In this document: in pieces, positions 26,780 to 42,700 of the stretch
Layout: each line of letters begins with the position of its first letter
Position numbering within the stretch: the stretch's first letter is position 1
Source of the DNA: Eledone cirrhosa
Lineage: Eukaryota
NCBI GenBank assembly: GCA_964016885.1
Contig: OZ024742.1
Coordinates: 133,610,001-133,674,000 of the forward strand
Length of the DNA: 64,000 nt
Reading direction: 5' to 3'
Translations under genes and position numbers: made by a program
Notes under the pieces: generated by a model
The model's input: the letters and a program-made list of their open reading frames with translations, nothing else
What the model was told of the DNA's origin: nothing
Database searches by the model: none

Positions 26780-29700
26780 CACGAGAATTAAACGTCGGAT
26801 GTATATTGTCCCGCATCCTCCACATCAAACCAGGTGACGTCCACAAGATACCAGATCTGATTAGCATTCCCGAAGTGGTTGTGTTGCATGCTTTGGTTAA
26901 GGTCAGAAGATTCCGTTGTCATCTGCATGAACAAACTGGTCACTTGAAAACTTTCTACACTCAACACAAGACAGCGCTCTGCAGAGCACCGTTGCTGCCA
27001 ATACTACGGGCTCAAACGCCAAAACTACAACAAAGCTAGCAGTAAATAAAAACATCATCGACACCAAACCATGTAGCAACTGCAACAGCAACAGCAAACG
27101 CAACAACTGCAGATCACAAACAATAGCCACACCAGCACCAGCAACAAGATGACTTATAATCGAAAGAAAAAAAACTAAACAAGATAGAATGTGAAAATAC
27201 CTCAGGGGTTATCCCAATGAAATTCCCCTCTACCTCTCATCTCTTTCTACGCCTCGTTTAAAGATAGATTCACATAGATATCCACAGAAAAACAAAAATA
27301 CTCCCACACTCACCAGAAGTGAAGATGAGGAGGAAAGACCCCCAAACAACTGAAAGAGAAAACAAAAACATGTTTATTCGCTTTTACACACACCAGCAAA
27401 AAACATAAATTATTCCCTCGATAAATACCAAAAAGAAACAACTACAACGACAGTAAAAACACAAACATACTCTTCACTACCACTATCAACACTGTCCACA
27501 AAACGAAAACGCCCGAAACAATAACATCCAACCACACAGATACCGAACTTCATGCTGGGGAAAAGAAGTGACAAAATATTGATGGCTCGAATCACGGATT
27601 AAAAAGATTGAGAGAGAAAGATAATGAAGATATCCTCTGAAATATCACTTTTAAAGTTATTAAAACAATAATGTTGGTACACTTACAGAAACATTGGGGA
27701 GAGCTTCCCTATTGACATGGGAATTTCTAAAATAAAAGCCAAGAGTGAACTTTTAAAAGAGTTCCCAAAAGAAAACAAACCTCATACAGAGGTCGAACGA
27801 CCTAATATCTAACACCACTAGCAATGTATTTAGTCCCCCAAGTTTCTCTTTACTCGAACCAGGTAACATTTGAATTTTAAGTGCACAGTATATAAATATA
27901 CGTGGCTAGGGATCGTCTTGCAAGCAAGGTCTCTTGCTCAATGACCTGATGCACCTACCTATGTTTATGGCTGTCATCAGTCAGATCCTGATCCCCGAAA
28001 ACTTTGAGATCTTCACATATCTTAGACGGCCTGGAATGTAACGCGGGAAGGTAGTGATGTTTAGGGAATGCCTGGTTTTCTGAGTGAAGATGATCTTTCT
28101 GGATCCAGGCGCTAAGTTGGTGTTCCTGGATCTGAGTAATAGCAAAGGTGGTGCTCGTATCTTGGTGGTCGTCTAAACGCTGAACTGAAGTGGGCGGCCG
28201 GGTATCTTCGGGCATCTGGAAGACATTCTAAGAACGTCAGACACTTTAGAGAAAGCGGGGTACTAGAACGGCATGCTAGATGACCGTTGCGACTGTGTGG
28301 GAATAGCTGATATAAGTGGGGAGTCCAAAGGTTTCATGAAACTAATCAGGCGTGGAAACTGCTGTCTTTGGTAGGCGAGACTAAGACATGATGCTCGGTA
28401 GAAGCAAGTGTGAATGTTTTTTTGGCAACAATTTCCGAAATTTTTGGAGGCGAGCAGGGGTCGCAGACTGATGCGTACTATACTTCCTATCTCGAAGTCA
28501 CTCCGCGACTATCTGTTAGTTATGCGGAGTGCTGCAAAATGCCCATAACAGCAACCGTGATACGAAAAGACCGGGTCGGCTGTATGACGCACAAATCCCC
28601 GATTTAGATGGTTTGCCTATGACTTTTCATAGACATGTCATGCATTTCCTCCGATGTCCTAAAATGTCTATGAGTCTGTGCATAATAACGCTAACGAAGA
28701 AAGAAGAAAACGTAGGTGACGTTATAGTCAATTTCTGGCCCATAACTCTGCTGAAACATAGAGTTTAAGATTTTGTCCAAGGTGCTAGTAATGATATTGG
28801 CACTTGATATCAAGAGTTTGTTAGCGGAAGCAGAGACGTGTACAATGCCGAACAGTTTCTTCCAAACACGACAAACTCCACCTCATAAGAAACATCATGG
28901 AGAAGTTACTGAGTAATGCTGGCTTCGGTGGGTTTCTGTTAATTTCATATCAATCGAAAGCATTCGATAATTCGACTATCTTACCTGGAGTTTGTCTTCA
29001 AGGCAACCGGCTTCGGTCCTGTACTTGGATGGTGGATAGCTGCAATGCACCACTGTATCTATTCAGTTGCTAAAGTAAGTGGTCACCAATAGGAACCATT
29101 CCAGATCACACGAGCCCCAACTTTGAAAGGTGGGGCTGTTGCAGGCCATAACGCACAAACCGAGACATGGATATGTGGCGTCCGCATATGCTGATAATGT
29201 CACTATGAGGGTATCGAACACCTCGGAAATCGAGTTAGTCAGCAACTTCCGAGAAGTTAATCAAAGTTTGACTTGAGAAAAGATCAACCCGGAAACGTCG
29301 GTGTGTTTAAATTCGGCACAAGGAGAGAAAAATCGATGGCGTTCAACAGCGTCGTTGGAGGCTTGAAGTACGGACCCGTGAGTCTGCTTGGAGCCTGGTT
29401 TGGGGCAGAACCACAGATGAATAATGACAAGGACGAGGTAACGAGCAGGGTGGAATCTTTCACACAGAAATAGGACGAGCCGAAGCTATCTCTGAAAGGG
29501 TAGTCAGCCGTGGGGAATGCGTACATCGCATCCTTCATCTAGTACCGGCTGATCATCAGGCTGTGCCACAGTTCATGCCTCACAAAATTGTGACAGGTTC
29601 CACTGAAGATGTAGCCCATCTTTTCCTAACACGCTCACCTCGGAGGGCTGGGCACGTCGTGGCTGATGATGCGCACACATGCGCTCAGGCTAATGCATCC

Positions 29701-29800
29701 CCAGATATTCCTAAAAGATGAACAAGCTTACCCTTTTGACTGAGCTGCGGTCTTGGGTCAATTGAAGATCACGATTCAGCACCTGACCTCTGAAATGTTG
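26780..29800 (+). mobile_element. Decayed Tx1/L1-type LINE: ORF1 knuckle remnant, APE and RT remnants
   Basis: IPDLI...RRFRCHLHEQTGHLKTF (decayed CCHC), INIRG (about 27890), DGLP, NFWPITLL, KAFD, SAYADNVT (about 29180). Many stops and frameshifts. Confidence 0.78.
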
Positions 29801-30989
29801 TTAGGTGTTCAAAGCCAGTGCAGCAAAGTGGTGAGTGGAAATACAAACCTTGCGTTCCATCGATGACTAATATTAGGCAATTACGATGACATTCACGAAC
29901 AAATAATCTGGGCATAGAAGATATCGAACTAATCAGTCCGTTCTGGAGAAATTTCGGTCGGGAATGTGCCTCATGAAAGTGCCTCAAATATAGTGAACGA
30001 TGTTGGAGCAAAATGGAAAATATGTGGTTGAATAAAGTTATGTACAACTATTTATATATTAGTAATGAATTTCATTTAAACATGCTACGAACGTTTGTTA
30101 CAACTCAATACTTCATATACCCGCTATCCATGGTTTTTTTATTGTGCTCTGTTTTTCGACCCTACAGGCCAATAAAGAAACGATATATTTATCAATATTA
30201 TTAAGAGCTTATTTAAATTATTATAACAATAAGAAGAAATTGAATACGAATGCTATTATTTTTATCATTATAATCACGGAATTAAACAAATATCAATAAC
30301 AAATAAACGATAAAAACAAAGAATATTTTTGTAGATATTGCTCAAAATTGATGATATAATTTTAATAACAATGCTAGATAGCTCAAACATACTAATTATT
30401 AAGTTCATTAGCTTCAATTGTATGAATGCAGCAAACTGCTTTAACATAATCAAGCATATCTCGATCAGTATCCTCATTATATTAATCACGACACACGCAC
30501 ATTCACATATGCATACACAGATGAATACACCTATCTCTCTATATATAGATGCATATATGCATGTATAAATAGGTGGAGATATATTTGCTGTGTTCTTCCA
30601 AGCATGTGTCTACGAGTGTACGTTTATTTTTTTTTGCTGCTGTTTGCATTGACAATCCATTTAATTGGGCACAATTATCCAATTCAGAAAAAGGGAAATG
30701 CATTATAAAATCAAAAATAAATATTCGTATGCGCAAAAATAAATGTGAATAAATAATGCGATTAAAATAAACCAGCATGTAAATATTTACAGAATCCAAT
30801 ACACATTTATGTCTGTGAGTGTGTATTGCTGTGCTTCTTTATGTGAGTGTATGTCTGAGCGTTTCTCTGAGTAAATAAATAATGTTAAATCATGATCCAA
30901 TCGATAAACCAATATCTCGTAAGAAATTTTTAAACTATAGATTCAGTGGCCTAAAACACAAACAGGCACAAAATCTCTCTCTCTCTCTC

Positions 30990-31113
<124 letters not shown>

Positions 31114-31169
31114 TGAACAATCCAAACTTTAGAATAAGGAATTCTGTACTAATTATCTTATACATGAGT

Positions 31170-31600
31170 AATACTAATGATTTCTTCTATAGGCACATGG
31201 CCAGCAATTTGGGGAGAAGGAAACTCGATAGGAACCATAATGTTATCGATCCTGTCAGGAGGAAAGGGAAAGCTAACCTCGACAGGATTTTAACTCAGAA
31301 CGTAAAGGGCCATAATTCTATGCCACAAAGCATTGTGTCCGACGCTCTACAGATACTGCCAACACGCTGCCCTCACATGAGTAATAATAATGGCTTCTTA
31401 TATACGCACAAGGTCAGCATATTTTGGGGGAGGGGAAAGTCGATTAAATCGACCCTTGTGCGTGACTGGTGCTTTATTTTATCGACCCCGTAATGATGAA
31501 AGGCAAAGCTAACCTCAGCGGTATTTGAACTGAGAACGTAAAGGGCCATAACTCCGTGTTGCAAAGCATGACGTCCAACCTTCTACCGATATGCCAATCC
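31170..31600 (-). mobile_element. Two head-to-tail SINE copies
   Basis: Units at about 31170-31372 and 31383-31600 match the SINE. Confidence 0.88.
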
Positions 31601-32636
31601 AAATAATAATAATAACGGTTTCATCTAATTTGTTTTTTGCATTAACGGTTATCGCTTTGAGAAGCTTCTGAAAGATTCATTTTGAATTGTGTTCGTGTGA
31701 ATATATTTTTTTCAAACAAAACATTCCTTTATTACTTGTTGATTTTCCTCTATGTCTCGTTGATTTTCGTTTCCATGTCCTTTGGAATGTTGCTAAATAT
31801 TTTAATTATCATATATCCAAGAAAACCATGTAGGTGTTTTGGTTTACCCTATTTGGTTTTTCATATTTTGGTCGACTCGTTTAGATCAACTTATGTCTTT
31901 GAGGAGGGTCTCCACTAAGATGTCTAGGAAGTTCTCTATTTGAAGTGTCTTCCAAATCACGTATGTCTTAGTTTTTAGTCGATTGGTGAGGCTATATTCG
32001 CATTTTCGAATGTTTCATTGATTAGTTTCTTTTGTATTCTAAATACTCCATATAGATTACCTACTTTACATATGCAATTAGGGAGATGATCTCATTTCTT
32101 ATCGTTTAGATAATTTCGGTGTGGGTTTAGTAAATCAGTGAATATATTTCATCAATAAATTAAATTGGTACACTTTGGCTTCTTCATATCATATATTTTC
32201 ACGTACAGGGCGAGGAACAAAACAACTTTGCCCGATTCTTATATATTTTCTTTTTAAGTAGCATGTTTTCTTTTGCAAAGCTGTGATCCACTGTCCTATG
32301 TAGCAAACGGAATGGAGTATTACAGGCTCCTACTATCAGAGGTCATCATTGTGCATGAACATTTGTATACACCAACTAATTTTGATTAATGAAATAAGCA
32401 CAGTTTGCTGCGTGAGTGGCTTCGCTTGCACGCATTTCACGACTTTCATAAACAAAATTATTCTAGCTAGTGCCATACTTCTCCAGTGGTTGTGAATCTT
32501 TTTAAAGATTTAGATTTGGTGAAACCCAAAATATAAATATAAAAAAAACATTTCACAGGATAATCTCACCTTGTTTATATTTCTTACAGAGTATAATATC
32601 CACTAGAGAAAATAATGTATTGTTATATCGCTATCA

Positions 32637-33150
32637 TAATAATTGTTTCTACTTTAGGCACAAGGCCAGCAATTACCCAGTGCATTACTGGTACTTTATT
32701 TTATCGACCCCGTAAGGATGAAATGCAAAGTCAACCTCGGCGGGATTTGAACTCAGATCGTAAAGGGACGTAACTATGCTGGAAAGCATGGCGTCCGACC
32801 CTCTACCGATAGTGCCGATCTATTCTTTTCATCCTTACGGGATCGATGAAATAACGCACCAGTAAGAACTGGCGTCGATTTAATCGACTTTCCCCTCCTC
32901 CAAAATTTCTGGCCTTGTGCTTCAAAAAGAAACAATTATTATGGCTCTGACAAGGCGGTGTATTGACAGTCTCGGTAAAGCGTCGGACTACTAGCTTCCC
33001 GGTAGAGAGTTACGGCCCTTTACGTTGTAAGTTCAAATCCAGCTGAGGTTAGCTTTGCCTTTCATCCTTACAGTGTTGATAAAATAAGATACGCACTGTG
33101 GTAGATTCAATGGGAAATTGCTGGCCTTGTGCCTATAGTAGAAATCATTA
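32637..33150. mobile_element. SINE cluster: minus copy 32637-32818, plus copies 32825-32940 and 32952-33150
   Basis: Similarity to the SINE in both orientations, forming a local inverted repeat. Confidence 0.88.
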
Positions 33151-33585
33151 TAAAGTCTCAGATTATGTATACTAGTAATCCTGCATATAGTTTAAGTAAT
33201 AGGCAATGTTACATAGCAATGTTTCCTTTATGATAAGTTATTCAGCGGTATTAATATTTTTCACCGGCCTATTGTATATTGCAAATGTCTGAGAGTCATC
33301 TGGTGTGAATCAAATATGAAGCCGATATTAATAAAGCCAGAGAAATGTAAGCAAAATACGTTATTTCAGACAGTAACGATTGGTATTTTGGCATTTTCAA
33401 TAATATTAGTCAAATTACTATATGTTACTTCCGAAATCACCTTGTGTGGGAACTGACAAACAGCGCGGAGATTTGTTTTTTTGATTTTTTACAGGTTCTC
33501 TTAAATAGTACATAACAATAGTGTACCAAATGAAGTACCAATCTACACCTCAAAATAAATCATTTTGGTATATTTTATGTCCGTC

Positions 33586-33653
<68 letters not shown>

Positions 33654-34754
33654 CCCTCTCTCTTTTTTCTCTCTCTCTCTCTTTCTCTCCCCCTCTCTCT
33701 CTCTCTCACATTATTTCTCTCCATATTTCTCACGTGCTTTCTACTATTTCTTCTCTCTTCGTCTATTTTCCCGCAAAATTATTTCCTCTCAGTTCCTATG
33801 GAAATAAACCATGTAGTCAAAATATCACTATAAACTCAGAAACGTACAACCTGAATACATATATGATATATTGTCAATAAAATAAAACAGAAAGGAAACA
33901 ATAAATACCATAACATATAAGTGCTGTAAAACATACATGTGTGTATATTTATCATAATAATCGATAATATAAAATATGCTTCCTACTCAACCCCTGTTAT
34001 GTTCGTTTATACAGAAAAAGCATTGAATGTCTCGTGACAAATAACATGCACTCTGTCACTTTTTAAAAACTTCCTTGTTATAATTTTATTGTTGTAGTCT
34101 TCTGCAAGTGATGTTAAGGGATCAGAGTGCTAGAGGTGCTATCTGTACACGATAATTCTGTATAATTATAATAGCAACTTCAGCATTGTCATTAGTGCGT
34201 GTGCCCTCGCATGACATTTTTACTCGAGGCATTTTGACACATATTTGTATGATTCAAAATGTCCATAAACTTATTCACTTTGTTAGAATTTCTCTTTTCA
34301 TAGAAGCAAAATCCCTCCTATTTTATAATATGCAACTCTAAACGGGAGCGAATTAAAATAACTTTGGTTTATTTAAATTAAAACATAAATCTGTGAATGT
34401 ACAGAACTATCTTGTCAATAATTTAAAACTTACAGTCCAGTAATTGAAAATGATATTCTATATATTTAGTACTTTAGCATCATGCACAGGAATATGTTCC
34501 ACAATATTGATTTTTCCATTGAAGACTTTTCCTCTTAGATTTTATTTCGCACTGCTTAGGAAATATAATCTTCATTACACTGAAAACTAATTAGAACATG
34601 ATTTTAAGACTAATCTTATTCAACTTAATTAAAATGATTGTTCTCTCAGACATTGTTTAGGGGGAAAGAAATCGAATATGTGGGTTTGTGTAAATATAGT
34701 AGTGAAGGTATGATGTATTTGCATATATGTGCACCATTGCAAGTAAATGTGAAC

Positions 34755-34816
<62 letters not shown>

Positions 34817-35376
34817 TGGACAGAGGGAAACTGAGAAGAGAAGAAAGAGAGGGAGGGAAGGATATCAACAAAGTGATTGGAATGCTGTAACATATGAAAC
34901 GCGGAATGGGGATGTGTTGTCTCACTTGGTGGGCAAATGTTATTGGTTTCGAAGCATTCCCTGGAGGAATGAATGTTTCCGTTATTGATTAAGTACACAT
35001 CATAAGAGAAGAAACAAAGAAAGATTGTAAAGGGGAAAGTGAGAAAGAAACGTAGTAGACGGAATAGGAGAGATGTAACAGACTTAATGGTGGTAAAGGG
35101 AGAGACAGAAGCAAGAAAATCTCAATACGTATTTGCATGTGTCTAAGCGTGTGTTGGTGTGTGTACGTATTTCGATCTATGTCTCATTGGAATATTTCAT
35201 AGGCTTACTGAATCTCTCACGTAAGGTATTAACATTCAAACATATTGAGAAACAGGTGTACACATTTCCAGACAGATATTTGTTTAGTTATAGACAACAT
35301 GTATATCACTCATGCACAAACTCACACAGACACACACATGGGGAAGACACACTTATACACACATGCAGCCATGTTC

Positions 35377-35380
<4 letters not shown>

Positions 35381-35461
<81 letters not shown>

Positions 35462-35491
35462 ATCTATCTATCTATCTCTCTCTCTCTCTCA

Positions 35492-35586
<95 letters not shown>

Positions 35587-35665
35587 AAACTTGGACGGGA
35601 ATAAAACAGAGAGGCAGTACACATAAGAGTTTATTAGGTTGACACTTACGAGAGTGGGGCGGGGG

Positions 35666-35757
<92 letters not shown>
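35381..35757. repeat. Compound (CT)n/(TA)n microsatellite with a short unique island
   Basis: Directly visible. Confidence 0.95.
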
Positions 35758-35763
<6 letters not shown>

Positions 35764-36111
35764 GTATTGAAGTTTGCTTGAAGCATTGTGGAATAATAAG
35801 TAAATATCTTTAAGTCGTTTGGAAGCCTCGACAATGCAAATGGGTAAATCTCCGGGTAACAAGATCCGGTGGTGGAGAGAGAGAGGTAAGTGGGTGTACG
35901 TTGTGATGCGTAGTGTGTATGAGATGTGTAGAAGAATGAAGGAAAGAGTAAAGGATAAAATAAAAATAACAACACGAGAGAGAGTTACCTTGGGAGAGAT
36001 TTAATAGTCCCTATAAATTTCGGATTCACATCCATCAACTGGGGTTTTTTCCGGGGTGGGGAAAAGGTTGCGTCGGACAGGTGCGAAACGCGTCCTCCGC
36101 TGTTTGTTGTT

Positions 36112-36209
<98 letters not shown>

Positions 36210-36394
36210 AAGTTAATATGCCCACGGGTACTAAGTACCCCTGGAAATATATAGGTTGTCTATGATACAGGGTTGTTCAATGGTATTAATTTGACATACC
36301 AGAACTATAATATTGAGTTAAGCAGAACAAGCAAAATTCAAAGAATTTAAAAAAATATATTAAAAAATATAATTTAAATATTTACCCACTCAAG

Positions 36395-36477
36395 TGCTTT
36401 TACCGATCGGTTTCGCTTCACAAAACATTAGAAATCCAAGGGACCTCCAATGGAAAAGTGAAGTTCATCAGAGAGCA
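36395..36477 (-). ncRNA. Type I hammerhead ribozyme with palindromic stem III
   Basis: tgctct-CTGATGA-acttcac.../gtgaagc-GAAA-CCGATCGG-TA-aaagca, inside a roughly 310-bp island between (TA)n tracts. Confidence 0.85.
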
Positions 36478-36512
36478 TTATCCTTTCCTAGGGCAAAAAG
36501 TCCCAGGAACGG

Positions 36513-36603
<91 letters not shown>

Positions 36604-36633
36604 ATCAAAAGATGGTTAAAGGAGTTCAATATA

Positions 36634-36700
36634 TTTTATTATGCGCATTTCAAAAACAAACATCATCAAACAATAATATTTGTGTTTTCATCAGATAAAA
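36634..36700 (-). ncRNA. Type I hammerhead ribozyme, left arm
   Basis: ttttat-CTGATGA-aaacacaaa.../tttgttttt-GAAA-TGCGCA-TA-ataaaa. Confidence 0.88.
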
Positions 36701-37869
36701 CAGGAGAACATGATATGAAGGCTAAAAAAACACTTGTTGATAGTGCAGTTTTAAATCAACATATGAAAAGTGGTTTTAGATTGATGTGTGATATTGGGAA
36801 AAATATTTTATTTAGAGAGGGGGGGGAGAGAAAAGGATGAAAAGGGAAGGAGATGAGAGGGAGAGATGGGTGATAGAGAGAAAGAGATAGTTTTTATAAC
36901 TGAGAGGAGATATATTTTATATAGAGGGGTTGAAAACCGTTGGAAGATACTGTATAAATTAAAAATTTTGAAAATTAACGAAGGGAGGATATGTGCGAGG
37001 AAAAAATATATTATATTTAGGGAGGGGGGGGGGGGGGTTGGAAAGGATGAAAACAAGGGGAGGAGATGAGAGTGAAGGTGGAAAGGGAGAGATGGGTGAT
37101 AGAGAGAAAGAGATAGTTTTTATAACTGAGAAAAAGATATAATGTTTTAATATAGAGAGGTTGGGAACCGTTGGAAGATAATGTATAAATTAAAGGAATT
37201 TGAAAATTAACGAAGGGAAATTATGTATGAAGATAGAGAGAAAAAAATAATAATTGTGGGTGAATATTCTAACGTCAAAAGAAGAAATGTAGGAATTTTA
37301 AAATTAGCAAAGAGAAAAAGTTTATGTGTAGAAGGATTTGAGAAAAATAATGTGAAGTTAAAGTTTGTATATTGAATTCATATGTATTAATAATGAGTTC
37401 GTTGATGGGGAGAAAAAAATAATAATAAATTAAGGATGAAATTGAGATTAAAAAGATTTATGATAGAGAGAAAAAATAATAATGATTGCGGATGAATACT
37501 CAAAATGTCAAAAACAAATGTTATTGTTTTACGAGGAGATAGAATGAGGGTAATGAGTAAACGAGTATTATAGAGTGTATAATGCCCTTTAAAGTAAGGT
37601 AGATGGGTATATTTTAAAGAATATATGAGTATATATTAAAAAAAATATAATAATAAATTAAGGATGAAATTGAGATTAAAAATGTCAAAAACAAATGTTA
37701 TTGTTTTACGAGAAGATAGAATGAGGGTAATGAGGTAAACGAGTATTATAGAGTGTATAATGCCCTTTAAAGTAAGGTAGATGGGTATATTTTAAAGAGG
37801 TGTATGTATATGTGCCTTTGAGAAAAGATTCTAAATTGATAAAGAATTGAATATTAACTGTATACTTTG

Positions 37870-38100
37870 TGAAAAGTTCTATGGAATTTATGCAGGCAGA
37901 TAGAAAACAAATCTGAGCGTCTATTTATTATGGATTCTAGGTTAGAGATAATGGTAAATTTTTCATTTAGGCAGAGATTACAGATTTTAGATAGAGAGCT
38001 GTTCAAGTATGAGGATGCAGAAGAAATCTTTTTCCAAAAGATGTTATATTAATGTTTTGTCTTTTAAGGACCATATGAGTTCTGAGAGAGCAGTGTTAGT
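37870..38100 (-). pseudogene. C-terminal fragment of a PLE GIY-YIG endonuclease
   Basis: TALSELIWSLKDK..(frameshift)..YNIFWKKISSASSYLNSSLSKICNLCLNEKFTIISNLESIINRRSDLFSICLH. Confidence 0.8.
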
Positions 38101-38928
38101 TCTTTTAAGTTAGTGTTAGTTCTTTTAAGTTTGTATTTGAAAGATGAATGATGATTATTTTTTCTCTCTATCATAAATCTTTTTAATCTCAATTTCATCC
38201 TTAATTTATTATTATTTTTTTCTCCCCATCAACGAACTCATTATTAATACATATGAATTCAATATACAAACTTTAACTTCACATTATTTTTCTCAAATCC
38301 TTCTACACATAAACTTTTTCTCTTTGCTAATTTTAAAATTCCTACATTTCTTCTTTTGACGTTAGAATATTCACCCACAATTATTATTTTTTTCTCTCTA
38401 TCTTCATACATAATTTCCCTTCGTTAATTTTCAAATTCCTTTAATTTATACATTATCTTCCAACGGTTCCCAACCTCTCTATATTAAAACATTATATCTT
38501 TTTCTCAGTTATAAAAACTATCTCTTTCTCTCTATCACCCATCTCTCCCTTTCCACCTTCACTCTCATCTCCTCCCCTTTTTTTCATCCTTTCCAACCCC
38601 GCCCTCCCTAAATATAATATATTTTTTCCTCGCACATATCCTCCCTTCGTTAATTTTCAAAATTTTTAATTTATACAGTATCTTCCAACGGTTTTCAACC
38701 CCTCTATATAAAATATATCTCCTCTCAGTTATAAAAACTATCTCTTTCTCTCTATCACCCATCTCTCCCTCTCATCTCCTTCCCTTTTCATCCTTTTCTC
38801 CCCCCCCCCCTCTCTAAATAAAATATTTTTCCCAATATCACACATCAATCTAAAACCACTTTTCATATGTTGATTTAAAACTGCACTATCAACAAGTGTT
38901 TTTTTAGCCTTCATATCATGTTCTCCTG

Positions 38929-38995
38929 TTTTATCTGATGAAAACACAAATATTATTGTTTGATGATGTTTGTTTTTGAAATGCGCATAATAAAA
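38929..38995 (+). ncRNA. Type I hammerhead ribozyme, right arm
   Basis: Same sequence as 36634-36700 on the opposite strand; core intact, AUA cleavage site. Confidence 0.88.
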
Positions 38996-39121
38996 TATAT
39001 TGAACTCCTTTAACCATCTTTTGATCTTATATTATGCATACTCCAGTCCCACAAACTGTAGAGTGCTTCTTATCCGATATCTGCATTGCTTTATTGTACT
39101 ACAATAAAACTCACCTCCTAC

Positions 39122-39222
<101 letters not shown>

Positions 39223-39544
39223 GCATACATATATATGTATATATATATATATGCATGTATGTGTATATACATATATTAGCACTTAACGATAAACTACCCA
39301 CCATTTCTAATCTCTCGACGAGTTACTTCCCCTGAAACCACCCTCTAATTAGTAAGGTAAATATATCCATTGGCAGACATCTTGTTACCCATAGGCAGAT
39401 CTCACAGAATGCAGCCTCGACAGATGAATACTGCTTGATTATGGCAGATAATTGATACACCCAGGACACCATAGTGAAATACCAATATATGGAACATTAC
39501 ATTATGTAACATTCTTTCCTTATTTTAATTTATATTCCTTTGAA

Positions 39545-39663
39545 GTTCCGATGAGCCGCTCTGTATTTAAATATGTTAATTATTTTCAACTGAACCAGAT
39601 CAATAATGATATATAGTCATTTGATCCATAAATATTATATGGAGTAGCGAAACAATTGTAAAC
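39545..39663 (+). ncRNA. Hammerhead-like motif with extended stem II and CCGATGA core variant
   Basis: gtt-CCGATGA-gccgctc...gagtagc-GAAA-CAATTG-TA-aac. Confidence 0.65.
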
Positions 39664-39798
39664 GGACATTATTATTATTATCATTATTATTATTATTATT
39701 ATTATTCTGATTCCTTCCTTACATCAAACTATAATATGGTGACAATCTTTTAATAATGTCTTCCTTGTGAAATTTGTGGTCTTGTTTTGCTTAACTAA

Positions 39799-39859
<61 letters not shown>

Positions 39860-39934
39860 AAGGAAATGTGGTAAGGAACCAGGTGGACCATAACGCACCA
39901 AAGTACTCAATACTTAGGTTAGTAGAGTGGGTAA

Positions 39935-40300
<366 letters not shown>

Positions 40301-40696
40301 GGTAGCTGCCAACTCGTTTTCGAGTACGGCCACTACTTTATATCCATGTAGGAGAACCCCTACCAATGCGCTGAACGAGTGTGACTTTTTAGTCCAGCCA
40401 GCGACTTGAAAACTCTGGTACAAACACTACACTTATGACAATTATTGACCCATAGTGCTGGGCCCATGGTCCCATGTAATGACAAGTGCAGAGAGATCTC
40501 CAGATATAAAGCAATGCCTGTGCCGCGAAGCTTTTATAGTTAGCAAAGGCACTGCACAAAGCCAGTCCCACTCTCTTAACCAAGATGATATTTACCAAAA
40601 AGAAGAACAAGTCAACATCATTGGATACCATCACCATTGCAGGTGTTATATCAGAGTTTTCCTTCTCCTAGAATTCTGCCTTGACAAATATATATA

Positions 40697-41822
<1,126 letters not shown>

Positions 41823-41836
41823 CATATATACATACA

Positions 41837-41869
<33 letters not shown>

Positions 41870-41872
<3 letters not shown>

Positions 41873-42292
41873 CAGAAGGGATATTCAATTTGTTGGTAAT
41901 TCAACAAATATAAATGTTTATAACCGATTCAGAGCACTCGACAGTTTCTCTGGAGTAAATATTCAATGATATGAAATAAATGGAAACTATATTTATAAAA
42001 CCATATTTATTCTATTATATATATTTCAAGGGAATCAACAACTTTGGTACGCTTTCATCAGATAACATAGAAAGTGTGTATTATAAATTTTGACATAGCC
42101 AAGGAAAATACCTTAACAGTTGAACTATTCCTTTCAACTGATAAGGTATGTTCCTTGGCTATTGCAACATTTATAAAACACACTTTGTATTTTAGCTGAT
42201 GAAAGCGTACCAAAGTTTTTGGTTCCCTTGAAATATATATAATAGATTAAATATGGTTTTATAAATATAGTTTCCCTTTATTTAATATCATG
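41870..42292. mobile_element. Fold-back HHR element, family B copy 1
   Basis: Arms about 41965-42125 and 42133-42292. CTGATGA at 42195 followed by GAAA-TATATA-TA. A roughly 95-bp unpaired tail lies on the left. Confidence 0.85.
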
Positions 42293-42306
42293 TATATATA
42301 TATATA

Positions 42307-42450
42307 GAGGAAGACCAAGGTTAACGTATGTTGGGCCCTAAGGACAGACACTGGTCTGTTGGAGACGCAGGACATGGCAGCGATAATGAGGGACAGAGAC
42401 CGCTGGAGAGAACTCATCCATGGATCTCGGGAATTTTACCCGCCCTAGAA
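42307..42450 (+). mobile_element. 3' end of an RTE-type LINE ORF within (TA)n
   Basis: GRPRLTYV..(frameshift)[37 protein letters not shown], a typical RTE C-terminus. Confidence 0.7.
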
Positions 42451-42460
42451 TATATATACA

Positions 42461-42536
<76 letters not shown>

Positions 42537-42558
42537 TATATACTATATACATACATGC

Positions 42559-42594
<36 letters not shown>

Positions 42595-42602
42595 ATACAT
42601 AT

Positions 42603-42699
<97 letters not shown>

Positions 42700-42700
<1 letters not shown>

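Larger units (their letters stand above)
36598..39030 (-). mobile_element. PLE with near-identical inverted arms of about 880 bp around a GIY-YIG fragment
   Basis: 36598-37485 is the reverse complement of 38150-39030, so the ORF track shows the same peptides on opposite strands. Each arm carries an HHR. Confidence 0.92.

Noticed and set aside
36008-36100. Two possible HHRs (GAAACGCGTC on +; ggat/atcc-GAAA on -)
   Set aside because: The CTGANGA core is too diverged in both to call, although they may be decayed copies.
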